From positions 28,398,001-28,462,000 of the forward strand of contig CM119372.1 in assembly GCA_051294905.1 (NCBI GenBank): a stretch of 64,000 bases of DNA, given 5' to 3'. The position numbers and the translations under genes were made by a program. Each line of letters opens with the position of its first letter. Position 1 is the stretch's first letter. The stretch is from Botryllus schlosseri (taxonomy: Eukaryota). The notes beneath the pieces were generated by a model that saw only the letters and a list, made by a program, of their open reading frames with translations, was not told the DNA's origin and searched no databases. This document shows, piece by piece, positions 40,560 through 54,117 of the stretch.

Positions 40560-42253
40560 TTCATCTTCAAGAAACCAACATTCACCGGCCAATACCTACG
40601 CTGGAATTAATTTAGTACTGGATGCAGAAAAATCAACCTCATTGGCATCCACGTGCATGGGGCGTTGATGATCTGTTCGGGCAACAAACAGAGTTTAGAG
40701 TTTTACAACATTCACAAAATCGTACTTGAATGTGTCATCGACCGCTGCACCGAGAGAAAATTAATGCAATTAAACTTATAAAAGTCGACATAGCCAACCA
40801 AACGAACAACTAAAGGCGTTTATATCTATCTACCATTCAGTGTTGGGATCAAGTCACTACCTTCGAGTCACGAGTCATATCGAGTCATTGCACATTTTGA
40901 CTCAAGTCAAGTCAAACGATTTTCGAAAGTGACTCGAGTCAAGTCAAGTCACTCGCTGTTTGGGGGTGACTCGAGTCAAGTCAAGTCAAGTCAAGTCAAG
41001 TCAAGTCAAGTCAATTCAAGTCAATTCAAGTCAAGTCAAGTCAAGTCAAGTCAAGTCAAGTCAAGTCAAGTCAAGTCAAGTCAAGTCAAGTCAAGTCAAG
41101 TCAAGTCACGAGTCAAGTCACAATTCAAGTCTAATTGAATTTTCGAAGTATGAGTAATGATTCGAAGTCATTAAATATGGCTAGTTGTGTGAAGACAGAT
41201 TTATTGGCCATTTATATTGTGTAAAACAGCGAATATAAAGTTCAATATACATGCAAAGTGTGTTGTATCGCTCAAGCGCACCCAGAACTGCTAATAAATT
41301 ATCCGAGTAAATGTATATAGCTGCATGCTACAGTTTGGTATTATCAGTCAAACTAGAGGATCGAATAAGAAGCCTCGAGAAGTTGATGCAAATTGATATG
41401 GTACACCACACCACCCATCTACACATCCATGAGAATACAAAAAGCATTAATTACCTATATTCGTTCGATTCAAACTATGCAAGAGGGTTGGTAAAGAGCA
41501 GCATTGCGCAAAGTAAGCACCAACCCTTCTAAGAAACAGTGCTACGTTGGTATTGGCTTAATCTACTACTTACGACAACGTAACAAGTAACAACGTGAGC
41601 TGTGATCATTTCGTTCGCGGTCGGTTTATTTGTGATGTAACAATGGAGGTCCACTGAGAAGTTCAATCAGGGAATGGCTGGTTGCTCTCACTGGTGATAC
41701 CGGCGTATCGCGAACAATCAAAACATACTTAGGATTCGGTGATTTAATCGACACTGTGCACTTGATGACTTGAAATTGACTTGTAAATTTTTCTTCGAGT
41801 CACGAGTCAATCCACATTTGTGAAGGGCCGAATCAAGTCAAGTCGAGTTATTTTTGAAAAGTGACTCGAGACAAGTCAAATCATACGAAAAAGTTGACTC
41901 GAGTGAAGTCATGACTCGAGTCATCCCAACACTGCCATGTATTGGTCATATTCCCATCCGCTTTTGAAAGCAATTGATTTCTGCTGCCAATATAAGTGTT
42001 ACGACACAGTCAAGACCAACATGATTTTTTGGGCAATTCAACTGCTCCTCGCAACACGTTAAGCAGTTCTTTCTGCTGCTCAACAAAGTATGAATAGAAG
42101 TGCCGCTACGTGGAAAGAACCACACAAACGTTGGAGAACTGCATAAAGCAGTATATCCCCAGTGAGAAAGGGCGCCTTTGACTCGTTACCTGGAGTTTGA
42201 ATCAGAACAGGCAAAGGCGTTAAATTCAGCCATTGGCAAACATTTGTTGGATT
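40560..42253 (+). pseudogene. Penelope-like retroelement remnant (RT C-terminus and GIY-YIG), split by a MITE
   Basis: FKKPTFTGQYLRWN*FSTGCRKINLIGIHVHGALMICS, VYIYLP, CRYVERTTQTLENCIKQY, SAIGKHLLD. Confidence 0.85.
40838..41934 (-). mobile_element. CAGTGTTGGGAT MITE, copy 3, with expanded (TCAAG)n
   Basis: Both TIRs present; no clean TSD; pentamer run ~40975-41105. Confidence 0.9.
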
Positions 42254-43790
42254 ATTTTTTTTCTTTATTCAAAGTAAAACTGGTAAATACACATACAATC
42301 CGAGAGCAACCTGTCCCCAAAGGAAAATGGCGAGATTGGAGTAAATTTTTAAAATTTCAGCAATACAGACAAATTGTTGTTCCTATGCAATACATGAAGA
42401 GGTCAGATTACAGAATTGCAGTACATGAAGAATTGACAAGGGTTACAGAGCAGAGGTAGAGATGATTGAAATTAAAGAATCGAAATTACAGAAATCATCC
42501 TGTGATTCACAAGTGTAATTTTAGTCCAGTGGCGCACTCAAGGCCTTCCGAAGAATATGCACAGTGCCCAATAACGTGATCTTTTATTATCTATTATATC
42601 ATTTATTCACACACACTAAAACTGGTAAATATACCTGTAATCCGGGGGGCAACCTACCCACAAGGAAAATGGCGAGATTGAAGTAAATTGGAAAAAAATC
42701 AGTAATACTGTCAAATTATAATTCCTGTGCAATACATGAAGAAGTCAGATTACATAATTGCCGTAGATGAAGAATTGGCAAGGGTTGCAGAGGTAGAGAT
42801 GAATAAAAATGAAGAATCCAAATTACAGAAATTATGCTATGATTTACGCGCACAAGTTTAATTTTAGTCCAGTGGTGAATTCAAGGCCTTCCGAAGAATA
42901 TGCACAGTGCTCAATAACGTTGTATTTAAGATCATGTCGAATCGAACGTTTCACGGAATCTGTTGGATATGTCTCATGAGTTTTTTTGCTTAGGACCCCT
43001 GTAGCGCCAATGACTATCGGTACATCTTTATTTTTCCATCGCCACATTTTTTCACATTCGATTTGAGGTCTGCGTATTTTACTTGTTTTTCTGATGCCTT
43101 TTGCAGTATGTTTTGATCAGATGGGACGGCCAGTTCATTGAATGAGCATTCAATCCTCTTTTTTAGTTTGATTATCATATCCGGCGGTTGCCCCTGATTT
43201 CGCGGTCAATTATAACTGGTGCACCACACATAATGTTTACTTGGTCGCTTTCTGTCACTGGTGCTGCACTGTAATCATACCAATTTTTTGCCGAAGTGGT
43301 GATGTTAAAGTGTTTCCGTAATTCAAGATGGATGTAGTGACCGATCTTGTTGTGTCTTAATGTGTATTCGGTGGCTGCAAGGGCGCCACAGCCATGTTAT
43401 GAGCTACAGTTTAATTTTGGTTGCGGCAAATTCTGCATTTTCCGTCTGTGTTCTGCTTCAGAATTCTTTTGCGATAGTATACTTTGTACGAAGCGATTGC
43501 TCTTGTGATGTGAAAATGAACCCTTCGTTTGCCGGTTTCAGTCCAGAGCTGGAATATTATAACATTTATAAGTATTGTAAAAAGTGGTAGTGGCGCTTAT
43601 CTCCCAGAAGGGACTGGTGCGCCACGGTCGGTTACTAGACTACCTTCTGGTATAAGTGTTGGATATTTATGTTTGTGCGAAAAATTATCGAGGTGGCAGA
43701 CGTGTCGCCGTTCTAGAGAGGCCGTTTACACTTTAATTTGTGTGCCTTAGAGTCAGCTTTTATCAAAATACGCCAACATAGTTTGTGCAA
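42254..43790 (-). mobile_element. 5'-truncated RLE-type (R4/NeSL-like) non-LTR retrotransposon remnant with tandemly duplicated 3' end
   Basis: Minus-strand motifs RHNKIGHYIHLEL, KASEKQVKYADLK, MWRWKNKDVPIVIGATGVL. About 340-bp duplication (42277/42618). AATAAA and A-rich tail at ~42255-42270 (minus). Confidence 0.75.
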
Positions 43791-43807
43791 ACAGAAGGAG
43801 TTCGTAT

Positions 43808-46040
43808 CAGACATGGGGTAATCGCGATTAGTAATCGTAATCGATTACGACGATTACAGCATTTTCAAGTAATCGTAATCGCAATCGATTACATTCGAGA
43901 AAATTCCAAAGTAATCGTAATCGTAATCGACTACTTCCCATATTTAATCGATTTCTTTGTGAAAGAGCGATTACTTTATATTTCTACAAGACTATATGAC
44001 ATAAACTGAACTTTCGTGAACAAATAGGAGGTATTATACCAGTTAGTGATAGTACAAACGTCAGATTTTCAAACGCCTCTGATCATTATTACGTCAGAAG
44101 TGGTCTATTAGCTTTGCTCGTCATTGCGTAAGAAGTATCCAGCCAGCTATTCACACATAGTGAATAGATATTCGATGTACATTAGTGTGATTGTAAGAAC
44201 ACTCACCGTGCTGTATATCAGGTTATCAATGCATTCCAGACGCCATTACCTCGCAGCAGGATAATTAATCACCACTCTGCCTAGTTTAAAATAGTAACTT
44301 TTGTTTTGATGTTTGGTTTTGCTTGGTTAAACGCAGCTGGACCGTTGCTGCTTGGCGGGCAGTAGGCCTATGTAATACGAACGTACACCGGACAAAGGTT
44401 TAAAATTTTGTAGCCTACTCGTCAAATAAAACATTACGGTTTCCATGACAAAGCATTGAAAATCGACAGCTGGTGGCCGCTTGCATTACATTATTTGTAT
44501 TAAGTTGAAGGCAGAATTTTATGTTCATTTTCGCTTATTCTCATAAGATTCTGCTTAAAACGGGCGCCAATCGTTATTTCACAATTCTTTACTCAACGTT
44601 TGGACCTGCCGCCATAGCCATCGGCTTATATACAATGTTAGCGGGGCTTGTAGCTAGAATCAGGACAAAAACAGCAAATCGTCCCCCACTCCAAACGTTG
44701 GTCTTGGGCCCCCATAGGGTAGTTAATTTTCAAGATGAAGATTTAATTTCGTCAATAATATTGGTATTTGCATTATATTACTATTCATTTTTAATCCTCT
44801 CTCAGCCCCCGATGGTCAGATTTACCCGAAGAACTGGGAGCACGTAATTTATAATTATTACATCTGGTATCTTGTAATAATTACTTTAGGGTATGTTGTC
44901 AATTCGTGACCTCTGGTCTGTTTTAAAATCAAAAGATATTGTTGTGGCCAGAACGCAGCAGACTAAAAGAAATACTTGCGTGAGATGCACACACAAATTG
45001 CCATGTCTTTAATGCTCTGTTGTTGCCCGGGTGGCATTTGCATTGTGGGCTCAGATTAGAAGGACCGGACTATTAGTCACGCCCACCCATAGCGGCTCTT
45101 GACAATGGACACATACCCCAAGTTTCGACCAATGTCTTTCATTAGTATCACACTTTGTGGATTCGCATGTTGATCGAAACTGCATAGTCTTTTGGTGTGT
45201 TTGTTTTGTGGTATTCATGGTGTTTCTCAACTACTATGGTCATTTACACCAGGCCGATATTCTTCATTATTTTCCGTAACTGCCGACTTATAGCACGGCC
45301 CACCTCTAGGCTTTTAGTAAGACACCGCTTGCGGATGAAGTGGCGAGTAGGGGCCTAGGTATCGGAATTGTGAAGTCGACCTCGGTTGGAATCGAACCCG
45401 CACCCATTGGTGTTGCAGCCGCGGACTGTCTTTCGGTGTGTCGTGGCGCGGTATTGACTGGCACCTAAATGCCTGTTACTATATATTATGCATGCTTTTT
45501 TTCTTGAGGAGGAGACATAGGCTATGTATTTCAAAATCAATTTATCTAGAGACATTTAAATCGCGATGCTCGTAGACAATTTTCAAGTTCATGAAACCTC
45601 TCGAAAATAGTCTATAATTTGCGTTGATTTACGAAATACTTTTGAGTCCGCTTCGAGCTCGCTCCCCACCCTATTAGGAAATTTGGGGTTCGGCAGTTGT
45701 GTGTGGACCTAGCAAGAATGCAAATCGCTGGGTGCGATAAATCGTCCAATATAAAATGGGCAATGGTTACTTTATGACGTGACAAGCAAATGTCGCATCT
45801 TTTTTTAAAGAAGGTTGTTCTCATCAGGCCTTTTCAGCGCAATCCATACATTGTCTTCCAATATAACTTCTAAGATGCAAAATAAATGTAATCGTGAGTA
45901 ATCGTGATTACTTTTCCAATGTAATCGTAATCGAAATCGACTACTTTCTGATTTCGCTGTAATCGTAATCGTAATCGGGTTATTCAGAAGTAATCGTAAT
46001 CGCAATCGATTACATTCACGAAGTAATCACCCCATGTCTG
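43808..46040. mobile_element. hAT-type non-autonomous element with GTAATC subterminal repeats
   Basis: TIR CAGACATGGGGT...ACCCCATGTCTG; perfect TSD GTTCGTAT. Confidence 0.9.
45190..45465 (-). mobile_element. tRNA-related SINE
   Basis: B-box GGGTTCGATTCC on the minus strand; body shared with 37775-37926; AAAC-rich tail. Confidence 0.65.
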
Positions 46041-46179
46041 GTTCGTATACCATCTAAAAATAAGACATTGAAGTACAGAATCGATTATTCCAAATTTTAT
46101 GCCGATGACATATTTGGTGATATGATTGTAGATATAAAATGTTTTTTCGAACTCTCTACCGGTTGCTGACGATTACACC

Positions 46180-46495
46180 TGACGAGTATCAGTCGAAAAT
46201 GTTCGGGTTTATTTCAATATGAATTTACTAGGACTGCTGAATCCTACAGTATTGTGGAACGAAGGGGCCTGGTTACACTAACATACAACGAAGTAATCGT
46301 TATCTGCCTAATGTTTGACAAGATCCTGAAATCCTGTTGGCAATATGATACAAAAGTCCTCTTGAATAATTTGTTTTCAATGCAATGACTAATATATTAA
46401 ATTTAATAGTATATATTTCGTTCAAATTAGAATATAGAGCGGCATCCTACAACGAATTATACTTATCTGCTGTGATCGACTGTGCATCGTGAAAA
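46180..46495 (+). repeat. Orphan copy of the upstream region of the peptide genes
   Basis: Homologous to 24310-24620 and to the reverse complement of ~54520-54810. Confidence 0.8.
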
Positions 46496-46524
46496 TCTAC
46501 TGTTTTAATCACATTATTTTCCAG

Positions 46525-47945
46525 CAGGCCATGGTATGGCATGGAATGGGATTGGAAATACCATACTCCATACCCGCCCCAATCGTTCTACACCCTACCT
46601 GACAATTTTCCATACCATAGCAACATTCTTCCATGCCATATTTGGTACTTTTTCCATACTTCGCAATTTGGCCAACTTCTCAAGTAAAATTCTCTTTTTG
46701 GTGTGTTCCGGCTTTAATATTCTAATTATTTTTGATGAAATTATCCATTTAACAGCCCTGATGCACCAATGACATGCCCAGTTTCTTTATTATATCATAT
46801 GACGTCAGCGATGCAGGCTGCCTAATCATGGAGGACGGAACGTAAAATACATACAGTTTACACACGGGATTATTTTGAAATCACACAGAATTTCATGGAA
46901 TGTTGATCTGGTGTAGTAACGCACTGCTAACAGTAACATCATCTACAAATTACAAAAGGTATTTTAAAATTAGAAGAGTGTTTCCTAATCTGTTTTTCTT
47001 CATTACCCACAACCTGAAATCTCTATTCCCACCCTTTAAAATTGCTCCCTACGTTAAATTTCGGGAATACTTACTTATGTAAAGACTTGCTATTGGCGAA
47101 GATTAAGACCCCCGGAATTGAACAGCACGGAACACAGCCAATGAGCACTGAGCAGTGAACTGGTAACCGTATCGTACATGCAGTGCTGCACCTCCGTAAA
47201 ATGTGTATGTAAGCCTACAGAATAATAGAAAGGACTCGAAATCTTTCGAATGTAGCGAGGTGGCAATCAACTTACATGCGTAAATGCGGAATAATGCATA
47301 GGTAAGATAAACTTCCTGGTGTTGACGAACTTATGCGTATGGTAGGTATAAGCCACTATAAGATACACTTTCGCACGCTATTATAACTCGTTAAGAAATA
47401 AATATATCATACATCTGTAACGAGTCTGGCTATAGCCAACATCAGGGTGTCCAGTCCATTCTTTTATCAGAGATAATCAGATTTCATGAAGTTACAATGC
47501 GTGTTGGAGGCCGGCATATCGTACAGTCTCTCCAAGACAACTTACATATTTTGAATCACACTGATATAGTTCTGTCAAATAGATCATCCGACCAAAGCGG
47601 ATTCAAATTGGAATAAGTATATTTTCCTTCACATGCGCATTGTGCAACTTTGTCTTCAAATAGATGTCGACCGGGGTGGGTGAGTCAAGAATTGCAATTT
47701 GAGATATGAACATTGCCAGTGAGCGATTTTCTGAGGTATGCAATCAATTTGACAAATCGAAAGTAGGATTCTTGTCATGGTCGTGGCAAAACTGTCAAAG
47801 TATGGGAAAAGTATGAAAGTATGAAAGTATGAAACACTTCCATACCATACTTGGGAACTTCCATACTCGATATTCCATACCGAAATGTCATTCCATACCA
47901 TACTTTCATACCATACCATACCATACCATACCATGCCATGCCCTA
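46525..47945. mobile_element. TIR element with CCATA subterminal repeats
   Basis: CAGGCCATGGTATGG...CCATGCCATGCCCTA; imperfect TSD TTTTCCAG/ATTACCAG. Confidence 0.7.
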
Positions 47946-48501
47946 ATTACCAGACTCGTTTTTCTATTGAGACACGGAAAGTTTGCTAGCGAAGCTGCCG
48001 TAGATCGCCTCCTCTCAGAGTCAGCCAACTGACCTTATGTTATAATGCTGACTCGATTGTACTCCTGAAACTGGGCGATCTTTTCTTACATAGGCCTACA
48101 CGTTCATCGTTTATTTGTGATGATAAGTGCTTGTCTCACCAATTAAGAATTTGGGATCGTATCACAAAAACATTTGGGCACATATCGTGTATAATTCGTA
48201 TTGTAACATCGGCAACAAACAAGTTTTGGACTATATTTTATGCAAACTATTTTGGATCTTGATTATTATACATGCGTCTTACGTAACTACGTAACCACGG
48301 TACACAAATAAGCACCTTTTAAAGTGCCCCCTTTTCCCGCTTTAGTTTTAGAACCTATGGTTTTACTCCACCTTTTACCATTCACATACGTTTTATGTTC
48401 TATATTCCAAGTAACTTTTCGCGGCCCCGGTCTGAATTGCATCACGGTCGGATTTGACCCATAACGCAAGACACAATGTGATGTAATTAACAGATAGGAC
48501 T

Positions 48502-49445
48502 CAGTGTTGGGATGACTCGAGTCATGACTTGACTCGAGTCAGACTCGAGTCACATTTTTCGCATGACTTGACTTGACTCGAGTCACTTCGCTAAAATGAC
48601 TTGACTTGACTTGACTCGGCGTATCAGAAATGTGGATTGACTCGTGACTCGGAGCAAAATTCACGAGTCAATTTCAAGTCATCAAGTAATCGATATCGAT
48701 AAAAATCACTGTATCTTGCATATGTTCGGATTGTTCGCGAAACGCTGGTGTAACTCGTGAGAGCGACCAATCATTCAATGATCATGTATTGTTCGATTGT
48801 TCTCTCACAAATAAATTGACCACAAACGTAGTGATCGAAGCGTACAGTTTACGTTGTCGTAACTCTAGTAGTAAAGTATAGCGAAATGTTTATTTCTGTT
48901 CTCTGTTCTTACCTTAACTAAACCTAATGTTTTTTTGAAATTGAATTCGAATATAGTTTATATAATTCTGAAGCTCTACCATTGGCGCAGGCTCGAATTC
49001 TATCATGTCTTTTTGTAAATGGGTAATGTATTGCAACTTATCAATTTGTTTCTCTATTCTCTATTTTGGCTGGTAACTATAAACTGAGGCTATGCAATTA
49101 CGAAACATTTCTACGTATATGTAAGCGATGCAGCGCCTTCTTGCGTTTATATTTAACTCTATATTCGTTCATCGGTTTGGAGTCAATGACCACTCAATCT
49201 GTAGTTCAGACAGCTGGCAAATTGCAATGACGTAATCATGTCTCATACTGCGAAAAGCCAACTTGACTTGAATTGTGACTTGACTCGTGACTTGACTTGA
49301 CTTGACTCGACTTGACTCGAGTCACTTCAAAAAATCGAGTGACTTGACTTGACTCGAGTCACATTTGAAAATAGATTGACTGGACTTGACTCGAGTCAAA
49401 ATGTGCAATGACTCGAACGTAGGTAGTGGCTTGATCCCAACACTG
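48502..49445 (+). mobile_element. CAGTGTTGGGAT MITE, copy 4
   Basis: TIRs; TSD ATAGGACT. Confidence 0.95.
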
Positions 49446-50155
49446 ATAGGACTATAGGAGAGTGTTGAAATGACCAAGTAGCCTACGTTGTGTCAATCCC
49501 AGATCCAACTCGGCCTACATCCCGGCCCGCCAAGTACTACATTCTTCTATGTCCAACCCGCCGACTGAAGAAGTTGCCAGCCCCTGCCATAAAACCTACG
49601 GGTCAGGGCTCAGACAACACTGGTATTTTGTTATGTTATGTACCCTCCTTGCCAGCGATGGAAGCATTTATAGTCTATACTCTTTCACCCATTATATTCT
49701 TCAGCGAAGCTGAACACTGCAAAATTGTGCATCCACGAAGCAATTATATTTATATATACGGACAGCAAGCCTTGAATTTGCACGCGTGCTACTATTATCG
49801 GGCGATGTCAAGTCAAATCTACATTTACTACGAGTCAGTATTTGCACTGAATCTGTGCTGCTGTACTGCAACCTAATGGTCGAAATCGACAAGATCCATT
49901 TCATAAATTTTGAAGTCTTTCATAGAAAACACGAAGTTAAAAGGCAAATATATTACGGTGCTTTGAATTATGTCATATATTTTTTCTTTTCCTAATCACG
50001 TCCGATGATTGCGCATGTTTCAAATAATCAATTGAGACAGCATTCTTCCTACTGAAAGTAGTTTGCCGCATTCCTGTCGTTACGTTGTTGCTGGATGATA
50101 TCTCTCAGCAGGGCTGTGAACAGGTTAAAGCGAAAATGGTGGCTTTGCATTATCT

Positions 50156-53100
50156 TTAGGAGCATTGTGAGATAATACCTGTGATATCTTCATGCCTCTG
50201 ATGTTTGTATTGCTCGGGCTTCCCCTCCTCATCCCTACAAAGTACACAAACATTAACTTTATCGAAGAGGTAGACACAATAGCATCTGGAATGCGCATGA
50301 CTATTTTGTCAATGTCACGGACTTGGGTAAAGTGATAATGTCTTAATGATCAAAATCATGAGTTTCAGAGAGGAGGTAGAACATTATCTTTCAGCCTGAT
50401 AACATAATCAAGCTATAATATGTCACAGAGCCGTTTTTGCATTCGACTTCTGTTCTACCAGCATGCGCTCATGTTACCTCGGAACGCGAGGGTTTGTCGG
50501 TAGTGACCTAAGCTACGAAACAATATTGACAGTGACGTATATCTTGTAGGGCCGAGCATGGACCGGAGCCGGATTGGATACCCTGCCGGATTTTCTCACT
50601 TTTTGGCCGGAGCTGGTCGGAGCCGGATCAGTACTTTTTCTGATGCGCCCGGAGTCGGATCGAAGCCGGATCAGTACTTATTACTACGGCTGGGCACAAT
50701 GATTCGAGTACTCGAATCTGAATCGAGTAATTATTTTCATGATTCGAGTCGAGTAGCAAAAGACGATTTTTTCGAGTACTGAAATTATACGCTCCTCGCT
50801 ACTGAAAGTTATGTTATCAACGAGAATTATGGTTTTGATACTATTTTCCACTGCGGAAGCCTTGGAACCTTGATTTGCCGTATCGGAGCATACGGAACAT
50901 AGGGCAAAGCTACTAAGGTTACTGAAAAAAAACATTTCCGAAGTCATGATTCTCCCACGACATTGTCACAAAGTGCAATGAAAGCGGTAGGGTCGGAGAA
51001 ATACCGAAGTATCTTCAATGTGATGGATATCAGGCAAAATATTCTTTGCGGGGGCATAAAAGGTACATATTCGAACTTTGACATACTACATTTTGCTGTG
51101 ACGTCATAATGTGTGATACTCGAATACTCGACTCGACTCGAAGCATAATACGTGATTCAGAATCGAATCACTCAGGTATTCGATTTTGCCCAGCCCTACT
51201 TATTACATAGAATAGGGCAGCCTTATTCTCTTCAACCCTCGAACTAATATCTACGGTGAAACGATCATGGAAATAAACCACATGCTAAGTTCAAGTTGGC
51301 ATAATTACTTAAGACAAGGGTTAGCCTGATCTTGGAGTTTTTAATTTCCTGTTTGCATTGTTTCAATCAATATCCAATAACTATCCGGTGAGTGCATGAT
51401 TATTATTGAAGTTTATCGGATCACGGTCATTTTTAAAATCCGTCCTAGGAGTCGGACCGGAGTAGGACCAGAGCTTTGAAAATAGGATCGGAGTAGGACC
51501 AGAAAATTTGTCGATCCGCTCCGCACTAATATCTGTGTGTAGAATAGATTAGGTAGGGTTACCAAATTTCGAGATCCGTAAATGACACGTTTCAGAGGCT
51601 ACAACAGTTACTACAGCGCAGTGTTGGGATCAAGTCACTACCTTCGAGTCACGAGTCATTTCGAGTCATTGCACATTTTAACTCGAGTCAAGTCAAGTCA
51701 ATCGATTTTCAAAGGTGACTCGAGTCAAGTCAAGTCACTCGATTTTTGGAGGTGACTCGAGTCAAGTCGAGTCAAGTCAAGTCAAGTCACGAGTCAAGTC
51801 ACATTTCAAGTCAAGTTGCCTTTTCGAAGTATGTATGAGGCATGATTTACGTCATTGCAATTTGCTAGCTGTCTGAAATACAGTTTGAGTGTGTATTGAT
51901 TCCGAACGGATGACCGAATATAGAGTTAATTATACACACACGAAGGCGCTGTACCACTCACATATACGTAGAACTGTTAAACTACGTAATTGCATAGCCA
52001 CAGTTTATAGTTACCAGCCGGAATAGAGAATGGAGAAACGAATTGATAAGATTCTATACATTACCCATTTACAAGTAGATATGATACAATTCGAGCCTGC
52101 GCCAATGGCTGAGGACTAAACTATATTCGAAGTCAATTTCAATAAAACAATTTCTTTAGTTAAGGTAAGAACAGATAACGGAAATATACATTTTGCGATT
52201 TTATTACTTTACTACTAGAATTACAACAGCGTAAGCTGTAAGCTTCGATCACTTCGTTTGCGGTCAATTTACTTGTGAGAGAACAATCGAGGCTCGGTGA
52301 AACGCACGATCATTGAATGATTGGTCGCTCTCACGGGTTACACCAGCGTTTTGCGAACAATCCGAACATATGCAAGATACAGTGATTTTTAACGACACCG
52401 ATTAGTTGATGACTTGAAATTGACTCGTGAATTTTGCTCCGAGTCACGAGTCAATCCACATTTCTGATACGCCGAGTCAAGTCAAGTCGAGTCATTTTAG
52501 CAAAGTGACTCGAGTCAAGTCAAGTCATGCGAAAAAGGTGACTCGAGTCTGACTCGAGTCAAGTCATGACTCGAGTCATCCCAACACTACTACAGCGAAC
52601 GAAAAAACGAGTGATTTTCGAATCAATATAGCTGATGCCGTTGGCATGACTGAAAAATAGGTCGTTTTTTCGGCTGGACTAAGATTTGCCAGTATATAGC
52701 TTATATGACGCGGGTTGACTAAAAATGAAACGAGAGGTCCTATTTCGAACTTGACTCTCGAAATACCCGTCTGTCGTCAATATGATCCACATTTTGCGTA
52801 ATTCGTGGTCTGTTGTGGTATTTTAAGATAGAAAGTTGGTCGAATTGCCAAAAAGTAAGACATTCGGGTGACGGGAAGACATCTCTTGAAAAAGGAAGGC
52901 AAATCCTCCTAAAGGAGGACGTATGATATCCCTAGATTAGGCATTCAGGATAATATACGAGATGCTTCGAGAGATACAATCCATGCACTCGTATAATTCA
53001 TATATATATATATATTATTGAATCTTACTTCGTACGTGGAAGGTTCAGGTGTGCATGAACATCTTCATGCCATTCACGCCCATGCTCCTCGGACTTTTCA

Positions 53101-53623
53101 TGCTCGCCGGGCTCTCCCTCTTCATCCCTACAAAGTAAGCAAACATTAACGCTGACAAATGATGTGGGCATCAATGACACCGGGAAATTGAAAAACTATT
53201 TTGCTCATGTCACGAACCACTGTGACTCAAGTAAAGTAATGGTGTCCTAATAAGAATCAAAATCGTAAGTGCGGAAAGTTAGGTCAATCTTCCTAGGCCT
53301 CATAAAGAAACGGATTTAATAAAGCGTCACAGAGCGACTCGTGATTTTGCTTGAAACTTCCGGTCGATCACACAATCGCATATAGGTTATGTCGGAACGT
53401 GGGGTCGGTCGATAGTGAATTTAAAAGACCGACTGATTTTGATGGCGAAGTATACGTGCTACATGCAATCGAGTATGCGTTTAGAGCTGTGCCCGAAAAG
53501 ATCAATAATACAAAATATATATATTGGTAAATCTTACCCACAATGAATGTGAACATGAAACCATGCATGGCTTGATGCCACCATAGCCAGCACCAGAAAC
53601 GTTGCAAGTACTAGTCGCCTCAT
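50156..53623 (-). CDS. Secreted His-rich peptide precursor B (87 aa). Exons 53623-53538, 53127-53029, 50234-50156: MRRLVLATFLVLAMVASSHA-WFHVHIHCG-DEEGEPGEHEKSEEHGREWHEDVHAHLNLPRTK-DEEGKPEQYKHQRHEDITGIISQCS
   Basis: Same exon structure, phases and splice sites as gene A. Frame intact despite substitutions and a one-codon indel. Confidence 0.8.
50547..51528. mobile_element. TIR element (CCGGA repeats) containing a nested MITE at 50685-51198
   Basis: Outer TAGGGCCGAGC...GCTCCGCACTA, TSD ATATCTTG/ATATCTGT. Inner TACGGCTGGGCA...TGCCCAGCCCTA, perfect TSD CTTATTAC. Confidence 0.8.
51554..52934. mobile_element. Blackjack-like hAT MITE hosting MITE copy 5
   Basis: TAGGGTTACCA...TGATATCCCTA flanked by AGATTAGG; similar to 16115-16458. 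Confidence 0.75.
51619..52589 (-). mobile_element. CAGTGTTGGGAT MITE, copy 5
   Basis: TIRs (last base mutated); TSD CTACAGCG. Confidence 0.95.
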
Positions 53624-53726
53624 ATTATCAGTTATCTGATTCAGATCTCTTGTCTGTATGCGTGAAAAAACAATTAGGTTCACTTAGAGATAGAGGGACA
53701 AATGAAATAAGTGACACCGTGTATAC

Positions 53727-54117
53727 TAGGGTTGCATTTAAAAGAAATGGTGTTTTAAAACACTGCCAAATTATGCCATAATTGTGTAAATACTTTCCGA
53801 AAAGCATGTTATATGAGCCTACGGACAATTACCACCCGATTGAGCCGAAGTATATCGATCGATATGGGATGGTTGTAACACTCAAAATATCCGGTTCAAC
53901 AGTTATAGTACATATATTTCGTCAATGTAGCTATATTTATTATTTACCCTATAACTTCAATTGTCAATGTCGATCCATTATGATGTCATACTTGAATATT
54001 CATGACGTCATGTCTTTGAAAAAACAAACAAAAAAAAACAATAAAAAATGTTTTAAATAAGGGCCTTGTTTTAAACATGTTTGTTTTTAATTGATTTTTG
54101 TTTTAAATGCAACCCTA
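53727..54117. mobile_element. hAT MITE about 100 bp upstream of the gene B start codon
   Basis: TIR TAGGGTTGCATTTAAAA...TTTTAAATGCAACCCTA; perfect TSD GTGTATAC; related partial copy at ~38440-38750. Confidence 0.9.

Noticed and set aside
40929..41157. ORFs with (VKSSQ)n
   Set aside because: Translation of the (TCAAG)n microsatellite inside a MITE.
53368..53607. ORF MQRFWCWLWWHQAMHGF...
   Set aside because: Alternative frame overlapping exon 1 of gene B and running into the intron.
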